Shown: positions 6,955 through 15,303, counted from the stretch's first letter. The stretch is 19,187 nt of DNA from Vibrio cholerae ATCC 14035 (GCF_000621645.1 NZ_JHXR01000033.1:1-19187), one strand, 5' to 3'. The notes: generated from the letters alone by a model not told the origin. Made by a program: numbers and translations.

Positions 6955-6985
6955 ACTTTAAAGTTTTACCCTAGGGGAAGGTCAA
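6955..6985 (-). promoter_or_regulatory. MerR/CueR-type promoter of the copper operon: TTGACC, 19-bp spacer, TAAAGT, with a near-palindrome in the spacer
   Basis: The minus strand reads cTTGACC TTCCCCTAGGGTAAAACTT TAAAGT. The -35 is the reverse complement of 6980..6985, the -10 of 6955..6960, and the spacer is 6961..6979 (19 bp). ttaccctaggggaa (6966..6979) is a 12/14 palindrome. The -10 lies 29 nt upstream of the ATG. Confidence 0.5.
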
Positions 6986-7030
6986 GTGATGAATATCAAA
7001 TAAAACCCAAGAGCTTTCCCTAATTTAAGC

Positions 7031-7573
7031 CTACCAGTAAATAGGATTTGCTATCGCCTCTAAGCATGTGGGTTTACCGCTGATCGGGGTGATCGCTTTC
7101 CCTGTTAACGATTGAGCAAGCCAACCTTCAGGATAGGACAAAGTCAATGGTGCTTGAATCCTCTCTTCATTAATCGCAGTAAATCCGACTTTGGAGTAAA
7201 AGCGAATATCGCCGTAGGTCATAACAATACTGACACCTTTTGTTTTTAACGCCTCTAATCCAAAACGGATCAGAGCTTGTCCAATGCCTTGACCGTGCCA
7301 TTTCGTTGCCACCGCTACTGGCGCGAGAAGAAACACGTTTTCCTCATTAGGAAATGAGAGCTTGGAGAAAAGGATGCTGCCGACAACGCGTTGGTGGTCA
7401 TCACATGCGACAAACACGAAAAGATCATCTTCTTGAAGGGGTTGGCTGAGAAAATCGGAGACCAGCGTTCCGATCACAGTGCCTTCTTCTGACCCTTCAG
7501 AATCAGAAAAGGTGTTTTGGAACAGGTTGATAATCTCTGGTTTTTGCTGTGATTTGTATAAAGAAAAATTCAT
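7031..7573 (-). CDS. GNAT-family N-acetyltransferase
   Basis: 180 aa, with acetyl-CoA motif A VAVATKWHGQGIGQALIRFGLE. It starts 10 bp after the stop of the MerR-methyltransferase gene on the same strand, so it is probably co-transcribed. Confidence 0.88.
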   Translation of the reverse strand: MNFSLYKSQQKPEIINLFQNTFSDSEGSEEGTVIGTLVSDFLSQPLQEDDLFVFVACDDHQRVVGSILFSKLSFPNEENVFLLAPVAVATKWHGQGIGQALIRFGLEALKTKGVSIVMTYGDIRFYSKVGFTAINEERIQAPLTLSYPEGWLAQSLTGKAITPISGKPTCLEAIANPIYW

Positions 7574-7583
7574 TCTTAAGTCT

Positions 7584-8762
7584 CTAGTGATTAAGTTTCA
7601 AAACAAAGTACTGATAAGTAAAATCTTTGGCAGCACTTCGTTCATAGATAGCAATCTCCTTTTCTATGTCAGACAAGGCTTGGGAGTTTGTCAGCCGAAG
7701 TTTTAACTCTTGGACGCGGTTTTGCAGCGGTAACCAGTAGTTTTGCCATGCATCGATGCCTAATGAGAAATGCTCCATCACCTCATACCCCAGTTTTTTG
7801 AAAAGCTTGATTCGAGAAGGTATCGATTGGATATCTGGGTATTCGGATTGCCAAAATTCTTGAGCTTCCGGTTTTGGATTCTCAGTGAGCCAGACCAAAT
7901 CACTGACCATCAAGATAGCGTTATCGGCTAAAAAAGGTTTCCACTGCTTGAGTGCGTTCTCCATACCCATGATGTAGACACAGCCTTCTGCCCAGATTGC
8001 ATCAAAGCTTTTCGCTGCAAAGGGGAGCGCTGTCATGGAACCCAATACCGGGGATATCTGCTCTTTCCATGGTGAGTGCTGGCGTTGCTTCTCAAGTTGC
8101 TCAATCGCGATGGGTTCATTATCGACGGCAGTAATGTGCGCCGAACTGTTTTCAGCCAGCAGGAGTGTCGAAAGGCCCGTTTCGCAGCCGATGTCGAGGA
8201 TGTGCTGCATGTTTTGCATCGACATCAAGGAAATGGCTTTTAAGCTATCTTGCTCACTACCGGGGCCCCAGTGTTGCAAAGAGGCAAAAACCGTCATGAA
8301 ATCTTGCATATAGATGTCGTGTTCATTCATATCTTTCGATAACCATTTTAATCGGAGCGCCTCTTTTTCACTGTAACCTTGCGTGTTTAGCCAACTTAAG
8401 TAAGCGTTTGGCGCATGTTTACTGAGAGAGTGGTGTAACTCTCTTTGTGGACGTTCGCCGAGCAAGGCTAAAAGCAATTCTCGAGCACGAACCTTTTTCT
8501 CAATTTCATCATCGAGTTGGCTTAAACGTCTTTCCAATAGGGTTCGGTCTAGTTTCGCCTGTAAGCACTCTTCACACTCTTTTAATGAGAGCCCCGCACT
8601 CTGAAGCTGTTGGATAAGAAACAGTTGCTGCAGATCACTCTCGTTGTAATAGCGATAGCCATTATCAAGACGTTGTCCCCGAATCAACCCTAACTTCTCG
8701 TAGTAAAGCAGTGTGGTTCGAGAGAGCCCCGCCTTAACCGCTAATTCTGAAATTAAATACAT
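7584..8762 (-). CDS. MerR-family HTH regulator fused to a class I SAM-dependent methyltransferase-fold domain
   Basis: The N-terminus MYLISELAVKAGLSRTTLLYYEKLGLIRGQRLDNGYRYY is a MerR HTH, followed by a coiled-coil (LERRLSQLDDEIEKKVRARELL). The C-terminal Rossmann methyltransferase motifs are ILDIGCETG...HITAVDNEP...FDAIWAEGCVY. Motif I is degenerate: GCETG where GxGxG is expected. Confidence 0.88.
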   Translation of the reverse strand: MYLISELAVKAGLSRTTLLYYEKLGLIRGQRLDNGYRYYNESDLQQLFLIQQLQSAGLSLKECEECLQAKLDRTLLERRLSQLDDEIEKKVRARELLLALLGERPQRELHHSLSKHAPNAYLSWLNTQGYSEKEALRLKWLSKDMNEHDIYMQDFMTVFASLQHWGPGSEQDSLKAISLMSMQNMQHILDIGCETGLSTLLLAENSSAHITAVDNEPIAIEQLEKQRQHSPWKEQISPVLGSMTALPFAAKSFDAIWAEGCVYIMGMENALKQWKPFLADNAILMVSDLVWLTENPKPEAQEFWQSEYPDIQSIPSRIKLFKKLGYEVMEHFSLGIDAWQNYWLPLQNRVQELKLRLTNSQALSDIEKEIAIYERSAAKDFTYQYFVLKLNH

Positions 8763-8797
8763 GCTTTATCTGAGCTCAAAAGGCAGAATATGCGGCT

Positions 8798-8828
8798 AGT
8801 ATGAACTGTAGAGCTATAGACAGGTCAA
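8798..8828 (-). promoter_or_regulatory. Candidate MerR-type autoregulated promoter: TTGACC, 19-bp spacer, CATACT
   Basis: The minus strand reads cTTGACC TGTCTATAGCTCTACAGTT CATACT. The -35 is the reverse complement of 8823..8828, the -10 of 8798..8803, and the spacer is 8804..8822 (19 bp). The spacer holds short dyads (CTGT...ACAG, CTATAG). The -10 is 35 nt upstream of ATG 8762. Confidence 0.35.
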
Positions 8829-8945
8829 GCAGTGTTGAGCGATTTTTTACGCACACACTCAGAGATTCTTTCCTCATGATTAAGATAGTAATTTGCGAGA
8901 AATCGCGCATAATCTTGCTACTTACTCTGAAAGAAGACATGACCT

Positions 8946-9326
8946 ATGACCAATTTTCAATATTACTTTCATCAACTGCCTTGTTTTGACTGTAAAAAAA
9001 CCACCGTTAGTACGGATTTAGGCTGGTTAACGGCGGCGATGAAAGAGGATGTATTAGCACAAGTGGCAGAGCTGATTGCACAAGACAACGTTGAGCCAGA
9101 TCTTTCCGTGAACGTGACTTGTACTAAAGAAGAAGCGCGCGATTACTTATTACTGAACTTCTACGGTTACTCAGAAGAAGAACTGGCAAATCAAGTAGAA
9201 GCGGAAGATGAGCAAGAAGTCGCGGATGAAATCGCAGAACTTGTGGCAGAAGGTAATGGCGCAATTGTGTTTGAACACGAAATCGCGCTGCAAAGTTGTA
9301 CCGATTGCGATATGGATGAAGCGTAA
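8946..9326 (+). CDS. Highly acidic 126-aa hypothetical protein with CxxC pairs at both termini
   Basis: Track ORF followed by a good terminator. By hand count it has about 29 Asp+Glu against 5 Lys+Arg. CFDC lies near the N-terminus and CTDC near the C-terminus. I recognise no family. Confidence 0.65.
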   Translation: MTNFQYYFHQLPCFDCKKTTVSTDLGWLTAAMKEDVLAQVAELIAQDNVEPDLSVNVTCTKEEARDYLLLNFYGYSEEELANQVEAEDEQEVADEIAELVAEGNGAIVFEHEIALQSCTDCDMDEA

Positions 9327-9361
9327 TCCTTCAGCATAACAACAGAATGCTTTCATAATTT

Positions 9362-9401
9362 AAGGCGTTAGCAGAGTTCAATCGGCTAACGCCTTATTTT
9401 T
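9362..9401 (+). terminator. Rho-independent terminator after the acidic-protein gene, overlapping the stop codon of the convergent AraC gene
   Basis: 11-bp stem aaggcgttagc (9362..9372) / gctaacgcctt (9385..9395) with a 12-nt loop, then aTTTTT (9396..9401). Confidence 0.75.
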
Positions 9402-10159
9402 ATAAAGCTTAAGGGTGTCTGGCCAGTCTGTTTTTTAAAAAAGGCGATGAAGGCACTATCCGATGAAAAACCAAGCCAATCCGATACCTGATTCACGGGT
9501 GTCTCTTTTGAAAGCAGTTCAATCGCTTTTAATAAACGCCATTGTTGTTTCCACTCTTGATATGACATCCCTGTTTCGGCTTTAAATAACCGAGTCACGG
9601 TTTTGCTACTCGCTCCCACTGAGTTGGCTAGTGACACAAGGTCGGGTGCGAAAAACGTCGCTTGCATTAACTGTTTTCGGAATACCTTAAATCGACGATT
9701 TGTTGGCAATGGGAGGTGGAATGTCTGGCGTTGAGCCGCATAGAACTCTTCCCAAAATAAGGTGGTGGTATTGTTCATGCTCTCTTGTGGGGTATCCCAT
9801 GACCATAGTGCCATCTTATCAATCAGCGCTTTGAGTAAAGCGTTCACTTCAATCATGGTGATGTGGTCTGGGCACTTAAAGGCATGGCAATCAAAGTAGA
9901 TTGAACGATAAGCAACGACATTGGTCATGATGGCGCGATGTCGAGTGCCGGACGGTATCCACACCGCTTTGGTCGGCGGCAGAATACAGATTGAATCGTC
10001 TAGAGCGAAGCGAATGCAGCCTTGAGGAGCAAACAGCAATTGACCTTTCTGGTGCTGATGTAGCCCAGAATCGTGATTGCCTATGTCAGCGGCAATGCCC
10101 ACTACGCAAGCGGGTAAGCGATCTGGGTCGAATGAGGTCTGTTGATCAATAATGGCCAT
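9386..10159 (-). CDS. AraC/XylS-family transcriptional regulator with an N-terminal cupin-like sensor domain
   Basis: The C-terminus has a double HTH (LVSLANSVGASSKTVTRLFK... and VSDWLGFSSDSAFIAFFKKQTGQTP). The N-terminal beta-rich region is HQHQKGQLLFAPQGCIRF...VWIPSGTRH. It is divergent from the MFS transporter gene. Confidence 0.9.
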   Translation of the reverse strand: MAIIDQQTSFDPDRLPACVVGIAADIGNHDSGLHQHQKGQLLFAPQGCIRFALDDSICILPPTKAVWIPSGTRHRAIMTNVVAYRSIYFDCHAFKCPDHITMIEVNALLKALIDKMALWSWDTPQESMNNTTTLFWEEFYAAQRQTFHLPLPTNRRFKVFRKQLMQATFFAPDLVSLANSVGASSKTVTRLFKAETGMSYQEWKQQWRLLKAIELLSKETPVNQVSDWLGFSSDSAFIAFFKKQTGQTPLSFIKIRR

Positions 10160-10260
10160 CTTGTCCGATTTTTGATGTTTTTGGTATTTATGTTGTTAAT
10201 GGGGAGAGAGTAGTCCTCTTTATACTGCGCGCCAAGTAAATTCATGAATGAGGACTTGAT

Positions 10261-11400
10261 ATGAAGACGAAGCCTTCTCTCTGGTTGATGGTGATTATGT
10301 TGATGTTTCCACAAATCGTCGAAACCATCTATAGCCCGGTGTTGGGCTCTATTGCGCGGTCATTTTCGGTGAGTGATGCCCAAGCCGCTCAAACCTTGTC
10401 GGTCTATTTTTTGGCTTTTGCATTGGGAGTGGTGATATGGGGAGTACTCGCGGATAAATGGGGGCGTCGGCCTACTATGTTGGTGGGCCTACTGATTTAC
10501 GGGAGCGCTACATTTATCGCAATGCAGACAGACAGTTTCACTATCTTGATGTTAGCACGAGTATTCAGCGCCTTTGGTATCGCTGTCGGTTCCGTGGTAA
10601 CGCAAACTATTTTACGCGATGTGTTCAGTGGTCATGAACTGAGAAAAGTTTTTAGTTTAATGGGGATAGGTATATCTATAAGCCCAGTGCTAGGGATGTT
10701 GCTTGGTGGGCAGTTAGCGTTTGCAGGTGGGCATCAATTAGTTTTTCTGGCGCTATTTTTTATAGCTCTGGTGCTGTTCGTTTATAACTTGTGTCAGCTT
10801 CCCGAAACGCAACAGGTCAAGCCGAAGATCGCATTGGGTTGTTTAGTGGCTCGAATGTTTAAAGATAGACAAGTGCTGCTTTCAGCACTGCTAGTGGCGT
10901 TATACAACGTGGCCTTATTTTCTTATTACCAGCTTGGTGCCTTTATCTTTAGCGATTTGGGGTTAGATGCGGAACAGTTTGGCTATAGTGGTATTGCACT
11001 TGGCCTCGGTAGCTTAATCGGGAGCTTTCTTAACAAAACGTTGCTTGCTAAACAGGTGCCACAGCGTGCGCTGCTTTTACTGGCAGCACTGTTATTAATC
11101 ATGGGAACTATAGGCGTATCTTTGACGCTTGATTCGATCGGTTTTGTGGCCGCAATGATATTGGTTGTGATCGCTTATGGTATGGCGATTCCGAATATCT
11201 TGAGCACTGCACTGGTGGAGTATAAATCGCAAGCAGGGAGTGCTGGAGCGCTGTTTGGCCTGCTCTATTATCTTTTGATTGGTAGTGGTTTGGCGCTCAC
11301 GGGTTTAGTACAACGTTTAGGTGTCGTGCTTCTGATGTGCGCTGGTATCACCTTGTTGGCAACCTTAGCTCGCTCTAGTCACATAGCCCGTCTACCATGA
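10261..11400 (+). CDS. MFS transporter (Bcr/CflA-like drug/metabolite efflux family)
   Basis: 379 aa and hydrophobic throughout, consistent with about 12 TM segments. MFS motif-A-like loop GVLADKWGRRPTMLVG. GAGGA lies 7 nt upstream of the ATG. Confidence 0.9.
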   Translation: MKTKPSLWLMVIMLMFPQIVETIYSPVLGSIARSFSVSDAQAAQTLSVYFLAFALGVVIWGVLADKWGRRPTMLVGLLIYGSATFIAMQTDSFTILMLARVFSAFGIAVGSVVTQTILRDVFSGHELRKVFSLMGIGISISPVLGMLLGGQLAFAGGHQLVFLALFFIALVLFVYNLCQLPETQQVKPKIALGCLVARMFKDRQVLLSALLVALYNVALFSYYQLGAFIFSDLGLDAEQFGYSGIALGLGSLIGSFLNKTLLAKQVPQRALLLLAALLLIMGTIGVSLTLDSIGFVAAMILVVIAYGMAIPNILSTALVEYKSQAGSAGALFGLLYYLLIGSGLALTGLVQRLGVVLLMCAGITLLATLARSSHIARLP

Positions 11401-11412
11401 GGTTTATGAGAA

Positions 11413-11448
11413 CCTTTGTTGAGAGTTATCTTTGGCACTCAACAAAGG
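11413..11448 (+). terminator. Hairpin just after the MFS gene, a possible weak terminator
   Basis: 11-bp stem cctttgttgag (11413..11423) / ctcaacaaagg (11438..11448) with a 14-nt loop. No U-run follows. Confidence 0.3.
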
Positions 11449-11490
11449 TGAACTGACACCTTCAGATACCCTCATCGCATAAAATTCACG

Positions 11491-11512
11491 AATGATAATA
11501 TTATTGATATTC
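11491..11512. promoter_or_regulatory. Fur-box-like sequence in the AT-rich region upstream of the chemoreceptor gene
   Basis: aatgataatattattgatattc. The first half, AATGATAAT, matches the Fur half-site 9/9. Read as hexamers it is GATAAT-ATTATT-GATATT (6/6, 5/6, 5/6 against GATAAT or its complement). A chance match is plausible in AT-rich DNA. Confidence 0.25.
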
Positions 11513-11682
11513 ATGGTTTTAATTTAATTTTGTCCTCCAAAGCGCTGGATATTTCTGTGATAGAGCTTGCATATCTTGAATCTATGAACCAACTTTTAAA
11601 GGTTGGCTAGGTGGCTCTCGTGTCATTTCATTCTATTACTCTAAGACTCGACCCCACCTGAAGAGGAACCGCAATCACATGC

Positions 11683-13614
11683 ATGAAAACGGCAGGGGGA
11701 GTCATGACTCTAGGATTCAAAGGAAGAATATACGCCAGTGTGGTCATTTTAGTGACCATATCGCTGATGGTGTTAGGTACGATTAATATGCTCTCTCTCA
11801 AACGAGAGATGATTGATTCATTAACGACCGAAACGCAAAACAAGCTCAATTACCATGTGTCAGAACTCGAGTTTTGGGTGAAAAGTCGTTACGAGGCCGT
11901 ATCTCGTGGTGCGAACTTGTTTACTCCAGAGTTATCGGATACCGATAACCTCAATAAAGTACGACTTTTGGCGGAAGCGGCGCAGATCACCAATGTGATT
12001 GCGGCCTACGAAGATGGTCGCTCTTATATGTCGATGGACAAAGAGGGGGGAGTGACGACAAATCGGTTTAAATTTACTGACCGTGACTGGTATCAACAGG
12101 CCAAAAGTCGTCGTAGCCCATTTTTGACTGAGATTTATCAAGATCAAGTCACTGGCAAAAAAGTGATCAGTGCGGTTAGCCCGATTCTTCATCAAGGCCA
12201 ATTTGTGGGGGCTTTGCTGGGTGACTTCCAGCTTGATGACATCATCACTCAAGTGAGTAACATGCGTTTTGCCGGAGGCGCAGCGACACTGACCGATAAA
12301 AATGCGGTGTTTTTTGCCAGTGATGATCCCAACGATATTGGCCGCACCCCTTCCCAAGTCAGCCCATCGTTTCGCGAAATGGAAGCTGGGTTTCACCGTC
12401 AAGAGAGTGGACATCTTTCGTTCCCGTACCTAGGGATTGAATTTGATGGTTACTACAAACGTGTCAATCTAACCGATGATATGTACTGGACCTTGATGGT
12501 GTTTGTTGATAAAGCCACCGCATTAGCGGATGTCGATGTCGCCGTAGCGAATGCGATCACAACTGGGATAGTACTTATCGGGATCAGTGTTGGGGTGATT
12601 ATCTTCATTATCAATCAAATCTATAAACCTTTGCTGCGTTTGAAAGTCGCGGTTTTGGATTTGGCTCAAGGCAGCGGGGATTTAACTCGTCGCTTAGAAG
12701 TGAATGGTAATGATGACTTGGCGCAGATCAGTGAAGGCTTCAACCGTTTTTCAGGTAATTTACAAAACATGATGCTGCAGATTTCCGATGCAACACAGAT
12801 CATATCAAGCAGCATTGAGCAGTTAAGCCAGACGGCGAAAGAGAACGAACAGATGTTGATTTCTCACTCTTCCGAAACCGATCAGGTGGTTACTGCGATC
12901 ACGCAAATGAGTGAGAGTGCGCGCACGGTTGCGGAAAGCGTCACGCAATCAAATCAGATCACAGAAGCCGCGAGCAAAGAAGCGCAGCAATCTTTGGTGA
13001 TTGTGAATAATGCCGTATCTACGGTGACTTCTTTGGTCAACGATGTGGAAAATATGTCCGAAAGCATCTCTAACATGAATCGTGATGCAAACAAAATCAG
13101 CGAAGTGTTGAGTGTGATTGGCGCAATCTCAGAACAAACGAACCTGCTGGCTTTAAACGCTGCCATTGAAGCGGCGCGAGCGGGTGAACAAGGTCGCGGT
13201 TTTGCGGTGGTGGCCGATGAAGTGCGTGCCTTAGCGGCAAGAACGCAAAATAGCACCACGGAAATCTCCGATATGTTGACGAAATTGCTGGAAGGTACCG
13301 ACAGCGTCGTGGGTGCAATGGAGCGTACTAAGCAGCAGTGTCAAACGACGGCGGATAAAACCTCTGAAGTGTCAGGCAGCCTGAATATGATGAGTGCATC
13401 GGTGAGCGACATTGATGATCTCAGCACACAAATTGCGGCGGCGACAGAGCAGCAAAGTACGGTGGCCGCAGAGCTTAGCCGTAACATGCTCTCAATCCGT
13501 GAGATAGTCGAGTCTCTTGTGGTCAGCGGAAGACAGACCGTAGGCGCGACAGAATCGCTTTCTCACTCGAATCATGAATTAGAACAGCTAGTAGGCAAAT
13601 TTAAACTGCGTTAA
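11683..13614 (+). CDS. Methyl-accepting chemotaxis protein with a dCache-type periplasmic ligand-binding domain
   Basis: TM1 is [17 protein letters not shown]. The Cache region reads AAYEDGRSY...DRDWYQQAK...[20 protein letters not shown]...[11 protein letters not shown]2 is [19 protein letters not shown], followed by a HAMP domain. The conserved signalling hairpin is [35 protein letters not shown]. An alternative start at ATG 11704 (MTLGFKGR...) follows AGGGGGAG. Confidence 0.93.
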   Translation: MKTAGGVMTLGFKGRIYASVVILVTISLMVLGTINMLSLKREMIDSLTTETQNKLNYHVSELEFWVKSRYEAVSRGANLFTPELSDTDNLNKVRLLAEAAQITNVIAAYEDGRSYMSMDKEGGVTTNRFKFTDRDWYQQAKSRRSPFLTEIYQDQVTGKKVISAVSPILHQGQFVGALLGDFQLDDIITQVSNMRFAGGAATLTDKNAVFFASDDPNDIGRTPSQVSPSFREMEAGFHRQESGHLSFPYLGIEFDGYYKRVNLTDDMYWTLMVFVDKATALADVDVAVANAITTGIVLIGISVGVIIFIINQIYKPLLRLKVAVLDLAQGSGDLTRRLEVNGNDDLAQISEGFNRFSGNLQNMMLQISDATQIISSSIEQLSQTAKENEQMLISHSSETDQVVTAITQMSESARTVAESVTQSNQITEAASKEAQQSLVIVNNAVSTVTSLVNDVENMSESISNMNRDANKISEVLSVIGAISEQTNLLALNAAIEAARAGEQGRGFAVVADEVRALAARTQNSTTEISDMLTKLLEGTDSVVGAMERTKQQCQTTADKTSEVSGSLNMMSASVSDIDDLSTQIAAATEQQSTVAAELSRNMLSIREIVESLVVSGRQTVGATESLSHSNHELEQLVGKFKLR

Positions 13615-13629
13615 TTAAGGTGTTCAATC

Positions 13630-15303
13630 ATGAGTCATGTGTTATCTGATCGCTGGTTGGCGCTGTCTGCCAACCAGCTCAATCCGCGTTTCGAGCAACA
13701 TTACTTCGCCGTAAAAGCGAAGTTTTTTTCCCGCGATCCGGCATTGTGGCCGCTGTATCGTTCGTTGGAAATCCAACCGCTTTTACAGTCGCGTCGAGAG
13801 TCACCCGTTTACGATCATCATCTGTTTAAACAACTGACTACTCGAGAGGAAGTGCCCCCTTTTTCACGTTACCAAGGCAAGCCATTTGATGAAGTGGCTC
13901 TTTATGCCGCTCAGCATTCGAAAAATTGGGACGATCCTCGCTCGGTCGAGAATGTGATTTCAACCCCGAGTGATCCCGCTATTCACGGCGCATTACTGGC
14001 GATGATTGCCAATCCCAATTTGGTGTACGGCGAATATTCGGGTATGGCGGCAGAGTTAGAAAAGTTGGTGGTACGGCAAATTGCTTCACTGGCGGGCTAT
14101 TCTACCGAGCAGGCGACTGGAATTTTTACCCAAGGGGGGACGTTTTGTAATTTATACGGATACCTGCTTGGGCTGCGCAAAGCATTACCCAGTTCCATTT
14201 CTCAAGGTATCTCGACAGGTTCCTTGCGGATGCTGAATTCGGAGGCAGGACACTACTCGAACATGACAAACTTGGCGCTGCTCGGGATCAGTGTGCAATC
14301 ACAGGTGATCCGTGTCCGAGTCAATGACAATAACGAAATTGACTTGATTGATCTGCATCGCCAACTCAGTCGCTGCTTTGAGCAGGAGCAAGTTGTGCCA
14401 ACCATCATGCTCACGTTTGGTACGACCGATACGTTTGCGCTGGATGATATCAAAGCGGTGTATGACATCCGTGAATCGCTCTGCCATCAATACGGAGTGC
14501 GTCGTAAACCGCATATCCATGTTGATGCAGCGGTAGGGTGGAGTTTGCTGTTTTTCGCAAGTTACGATTTACAGCGTAACCCGTTGGCGATTAATGCTGC
14601 GACCTTATCGGCCATCACCGAATGGCTACCTAAAATTCGTGCGCTGCAGTGGGCGGATTCATTTACCGTGGATTTCCAGAAATGGGGTTATGTACCCTAC
14701 ACCTCCAGTTTGGTGATGATAAAAAATAGGCATGATTTACAGGCACTCAAATCTGATCCCAGTTATTTCTCCTATTTTGAAACTGCGCGGCAACAAGAAA
14801 CGCATTTACAAGCCACGATAGAATGCTCACGCAGTGCAGTTGGGGTGTTTGCCGCCTATTCAGCATTGCAAATGATGGGGATTGATGGCTATCAAACCAT
14901 CCTCGCGCATGGCTTACAAAATGCCAGTTATCTGCGTGCGCAGTTGGCGACACTGGCGCACTGCAAACTGATTGCAGAACAAAATCATGGTCCGAGCGTG
15001 GCATTTCGTCTCTACCCCCCGAGTGTAAAATCGGCTCATGACGCGTTCGCTCTAGAGATGGATCTCTGCCAACATCCAGATTATGTCGAGAAGATGGTGA
15101 CTCACACTCTGTATCATCGTAGCCACTTTCTTGCGCGTAAGGGGCAAACCTTAAACAGTAACTGGGTTGAATCACTAACGCGTACCCATTACGACCCTGA
15201 GGGACACTGCTTGCATTTGCCGGGAGAAAAAGTGGTATTGATGAACCCGCATACCATGCGCACTCATTTGGATGCTTTCATTGCAGAAATGAGCCTCAGA
15301 TAG
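13630..15303 (+). CDS. Group II pyridoxal-phosphate-dependent amino-acid decarboxylase
   Basis: 557 aa with motifs GGTFCNLYG, HIHVDAAVGW and SFTVDFQKWGY (candidate PLP lysine K351, nt 14680..14682). AAGGTG lies about 8 nt upstream of the ATG, and the gene starts 15 bp after the chemoreceptor stop. Substrate cannot be determined from the sequence. Confidence 0.88.
   Translation: MSHVLSDRWLALSANQLNPRFEQHYFAVKAKFFSRDPALWPLYRSLEIQPLLQSRRESPVYDHHLFKQLTTREEVPPFSRYQGKPFDEVALYAAQHSKNWDDPRSVENVISTPSDPAIHGALLAMIANPNLVYGEYSGMAAELEKLVVRQIASLAGYSTEQATGIFTQGGTFCNLYGYLLGLRKALPSSISQGISTGSLRMLNSEAGHYSNMTNLALLGISVQSQVIRVRVNDNNEIDLIDLHRQLSRCFEQEQVVPTIMLTFGTTDTFALDDIKAVYDIRESLCHQYGVRRKPHIHVDAAVGWSLLFFASYDLQRNPLAINAATLSAITEWLPKIRALQWADSFTVDFQKWGYVPYTSSLVMIKNRHDLQALKSDPSYFSYFETARQQETHLQATIECSRSAVGVFAAYSALQMMGIDGYQTILAHGLQNASYLRAQLATLAHCKLIAEQNHGPSVAFRLYPPSVKSAHDAFALEMDLCQHPDYVEKMVTHTLYHRSHFLARKGQTLNSNWVESLTRTHYDPEGHCLHLPGEKVVLMNPHTMRTHLDAFIAEMSLR

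Noticed and set aside
8801-8989. 62-aa plus-strand ORF in the MerR-fusion/acidic-protein intergenic region
   Set aside because: It overlaps the better-supported 8946 start in another frame, has no SD and has hydrophobic junk-like sequence.
11404-11514. 36-codon minus-strand ORF (MNINNIIIREFYAMRVSEG...) starting inside the Fur-box-like element
   Set aside because: The only GGAGGA lies 18 nt upstream of the ATG, which is too far. The region is AT-rich, so short ORFs arise by chance, and it overlaps the hairpin after the MFS gene.
14677-14682. Gln instead of His before the putative PLP-lysine (DFQKW rather than the common xHK) in the decarboxylase
   Set aside because: The residue preceding the lysine varies among group II decarboxylases. 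As I recall, histidine decarboxylase has Ser there. It is not evidence of inactivation.
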